DNA of 64,000 nt from Torpedo marmorata (taxonomy: Eukaryota). A program made the translations under genes and the position numbers. The notes beneath the pieces were generated by a model. The model searched no databases and was not told the DNA's origin. It was given only the letters and a program-made list of their open reading frames with translations. This document shows, piece by piece, positions 60,250 to 64,000 of the stretch. How positions within the stretch are numbered: the first letter of the stretch is position 1; every line of letters begins with the position of its first letter. Location: the NCBI GenBank assembly GCA_977017645.1, contig OZ360249.1, forward strand, positions 37,138,001 to 37,202,000, written 5' to 3'.

Positions 60250-61410
60250 TTCAAAGTTCAGATTTATTGTCAGAGTACATACATGACATCACATACAACC
60301 CTGAGATTCTTTTTCCTGCTGGCAAGGCAGAATTACCAATTATTGGTAGTGCAAAAAGCTGTATTCAAGAAGATATGTATACATGTAAACAAATAAAGAA
60401 ATGTAAACAACCTGACTGCAATACAGAGAAAAAAAATCAATAAAGTGCAAAAATAAAAGTCCTTAAATGAATCCTTGATTGAGTTTGTTGTTGAGGAGTC
60501 CGATGGTGGAGGGGTAGCAGCTGTTCCTGAAGCTGGTGGTGTGAGTCTTATGGCACCTTTTCCTCTTTCCAGATGGTAGCGGCGAGACAAGACCGTGTGC
60601 TGGGTGATGTGGATCCTTGATAATTGCTGCTGCTCTCTGACGGCAGCGTTCCCTGTAGACGTTCTCGATGGTGGGGAGAGTTTTGCCTGTGATGTCCACT
60701 ATCTTTATCATGGCTTTACGCTCAGGAGTATTGGTCTCCCCATGCCAGACCATGATGCAACTGATCAGCACACTTTCCACCACACATCTGTAGAAATTCG
60801 CCAGGGTTTTCGTTGTCATACCAAACCTCTGCAAACTCATGAGGAAGTAGAGGCACTGACGTGCTGTCTTCATGATGGAATTAGTGTGTTGGGTCCAGGA
60901 AAGATCCTCCGAGATAGTGACTCTCAAGAAATTAAATTTGCTCACCCTCTCCACCTCTGATTCCCCAATGATCACTGGATCGTACACCTCTGGTTTTCCC
61001 TTCCTGAAGTCAACAATCAGCTCCCTGGTTCTGGTGACATTGAATGCAAGGTTGTTGTTGGTGCACCACTCAGCCAAGTTTTCAATCTCCCTCCTGTATG
61101 CTGACTCTCGCCCCTTTTTATGCAGCCCACTACCGTGGTATCGTCAGAAAATTTGTAGATGGTGTTGTTAAGGATCTGAATGATTACACCATGGCTGTCA
61201 CAGACTTTATCAAAACAGCTGTGGACCAGTGTGTCCCCACCAAATCATTTAGGGTTTTCCCCAACAGGAAGCCCTGGATGAACAATGAAACCCAGAACCT
61301 GCTGAGAGCCAAATCACAGGCATCATAGAGTTGGTCCTGTGAAATGGCCGAGGAAGTTCTAGTGTCATAGAGGATGATCAATGAATGCTGGACTTGGCAG
61401 TGACCCCTCA
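60250..61410 (-). mobile_element. Rex1/Babar with an inverted upstream segment
   Basis: 204-aa RT C-terminal ORF on the minus strand; 61170-61325 encodes DLNDYTMAVTDFIK..VPTKSFRVFPNRKPWMN on the plus strand. Confidence 0.88.
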
Positions 61411-62121
61411 AACCTCAGGAAATAAAAGAGAGCAAGTTGTGCTCAGGATGTGCCCAGTCGGACACCATCTTGTATGAGGACGAAGCTTATTTTGTCAGTG
61501 AGTGAGCTGCATGGTGCTAAGTCTGCACACGTCACACCCAATGCCAAACCTTCTGAAAGAGGCCACTTTAAAAAGAGCTTCAGAGAAGACGGCCAGCAAG
61601 CAATGTGTTTCAAAGATGAAGTGCTGGCAGCCCTGACAAACCTGTCCTCAATACAGCTGAAGTGTTCGCCGGCTGTCATTGGGGTTTAAAGCTCAGATCT
61701 CATTCCTCCAAATCACATCCCCACTCTTCCTAAAAAAAAGTTAAACTTCAGAGAAATTAGTGTTAGTTTAAGACTCAAGTGGATTCTCGATTGCCTGATT
61801 TTTAATTATGTTGCTACATCCAAGATTGTTTGGATTATCCAGGTTTTAGAACACTGTCTGAGGTCAAGAAGCAAAGTTGGAAACAGGCCAAGGGAATTAT
61901 GATCCAACTTTATCTTAGGACTGTTAATTCTGTGAACCAGATGAAAGGGAGAAGGAACTTGGATTTCTTTAGAGCCTTCCACATCATCTGAGTGTCTCAG
62001 AGAACGTCATTACCAACAAAGTGCTGAAACATCGACTGCAACAACCAACCTGTGCATTGTGCTAAAAATACCAAGATACTCCTGAATTTGTAAGCATCAG
62101 GAGATCTACCTCCACAAACAG

Positions 62122-62372
62122 GGGGGCAGCACGGTTAGCGTAGCAGTTAGCGCAACGCTATAACAGTGTCAGCGATCGGGACTGGGGTTCGAATCCCACG
62201 CTGTCTGTAGGGAGTTTGTACGTTCTCCCTGTGTCTACATGGGTTTCCTCCGGGTGCTCTGGTTTCCTCCCACCGTTCAAAATGTACCAGGGTTTGTATG
62301 TTAATAGGGTGTAATTGGGCAGCACGGGTTCGTGGGCCGAAAGGATCTGTTACTGTGCTGTATGTCTAAATT
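62122..62372 (+). mobile_element. V-SINE (HE1-like)
   Basis: Full head, V domain and tail. Confidence 0.92.
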
Positions 62373-62453
62373 TTGTCTATTTAAAAAATTACAATTTAAA
62401 TTTAAAACTATGGGCTCAAAAAGGTAGGTAAGATTTCCAGATGCCTCTTCGGG

Positions 62454-62688
62454 ATCAGACTCCTCAACAATAAGGGACTCATTTAAGGACTTTTGCACTT
62501 TATTGTTTTTTTCTCTCTGTATTGCACAGTTTGTTTACATTTCTTTATTTGTTTACATGTGTATATTGTGTACAGTTTTTTTTGCGCTACCAATAAGTAG
62601 TAATTCTGCCTCGCCCGCAGGAAAAAGAATCTCAGGGTTGTATGTGATGTCATGTATGTACTCTGACAATAAATCTGAAATCTGAAAA
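62454..62688 (+). mobile_element. Rex1/Babar 3' UTR
   Basis: Matches 36418-36690. Confidence 0.9.
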
Positions 62689-64000
62689 TCAGATATTGAG
62701 AGAAGGTACTTTCTTTTCATGCCACTGAGTGCAATGAGATCATCAGCAACTGGCCTCACACACGTAGCAAGAGCAAGCATGCATGTACAGAGCAAGGAAG
62801 TGTAGACTTCTGAGAGGGGTTTGCGGTTTGCTGGGTTTGGCAAACTATCTCCGAGCCCCACTTATGTTTTATGAACTGTCTGTCACTGAGGAATTATGAA
62901 GCCATAAAACAGAACGGAGTAAATGCTATGATTTGCCTTCAGGAGCAATGCAGTTTTTGTTTCCTGTAATCTGTATTTAGCTTCTAAACAAAACTATTAT
63001 TAAATGGCTAAAATTATACATGTAGCACGTGTAATTCCTTCTGTCAAATCTCTGCCTTCTGCGCACTTAATGTTGCCAAATTTCAACAAAGTTTTGCCTG
63101 AAACATTTTCGATTAACTTTCTATGGATTATCTGAAATAAACCTTTTGAAGTACAATAGCTCCTTTGCAACATAAAGTGTGAAGAAATGAAATAATACAA
63201 TGCTATTAATCCTTAAATTGTCTCTGGGCTATTATATTTCAGTGTAATCTATACAAATACTCTTCAGTGTAGGTGAGCATGAAATTTTGTTTTGGATTTG
63301 GCAATACCTCACCACACAACTTTGCTGTATTAACAAAATATCTGGAAAGGTTTTAAAGTTAACCCCCAAAGAATTATCACAATTGCCCATGTGAGAAGGC
63401 GATGTGATGCATATGTATGTTGCAAGAAGGATGGGATATGTTCAAGACATGCATGATGTGCATGGAGAGGGATGGATGCAAGAACATAGACCTGCAGAAG
63501 GCTGAAGAAGTAGAGTGGTAAGTTGCGAGTTAAGATGTAGAATTTCAAGAGGTTGAGAGTTTGGAGAGTGTGCAAGCAAAATGTTTCACCTTTGAAACAC
63601 ATTGCTTGCTCGCTGTCTTCTCTGAAGCTCTTTTTAAAGCGGCCTCTTTCAGAAGGTTTGGTGTTATACTGTGAGCGTTTGGAGAGTGGGATACAAAGTG
63701 AGATTTGCCAATACAAGTGGGGGCAGGGGTAAGATGAGGAACAGTGTAGGAGGCAGAAGATGGGAATAATGAAACCATGGGAGATCATGCAAGTTCCAAA
63801 AGTTTGGAAAGAAATTCACAGAGGCATAAAGTCAACGGATGTAAATAGGCGAGAGGGTTCCAAAAGAAGTCAAAGTCCAAATGACCTCGTGCAGTAAAAC
63901 ATTGAGGCCAGTGAGAAGAGCAGCAGAGAAAACAACATTTGTGGCTGCAAGGCAATATTGAGAAGCTCATGGGCAGTGGAGAAGCAGTCTGGGAGGCAGG

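Overview
Vertebrate nuclear, repeat-dominated, apparently non-genic DNA (large intron or intergenic). The repeat mix of HE1-like V-SINEs with CR1 tails, Rex1/Babar, fish-type L1 and Penelope-like elements points to a cartilaginous fish, probably a ray or skate; this is inference. No host protein-coding gene is recognisable, and every long ORF is transposon-derived. Contents: a near-full L1 ORF2 with two nested insertions, further L1, CR1, Rex1 and RTE fragments, a Charlie-type hAT relic, two complementary ISRm11-like deletion derivatives, several MITEs, a Gypsy integrase with LTR, two solo LTRs and a 1036-bp non-coding LTR element with a perfect TSD. The most notable signal is 14 copies of a minimal hammerhead-ribozyme motif (YUGANGA-A-GGGCU-CA-RGCCC-GAAA-CG-UH) carried by Penelope-like terminal repeats, including a 240-bp near-perfect fold-back. 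Also notable are a 5S-rRNA-headed SINE candidate, a hAT MITE filled with inverted SINE tails, and an L1 twin-priming inversion. Coordinates were counted by eye and may be off by a few bases; no database searches were run.
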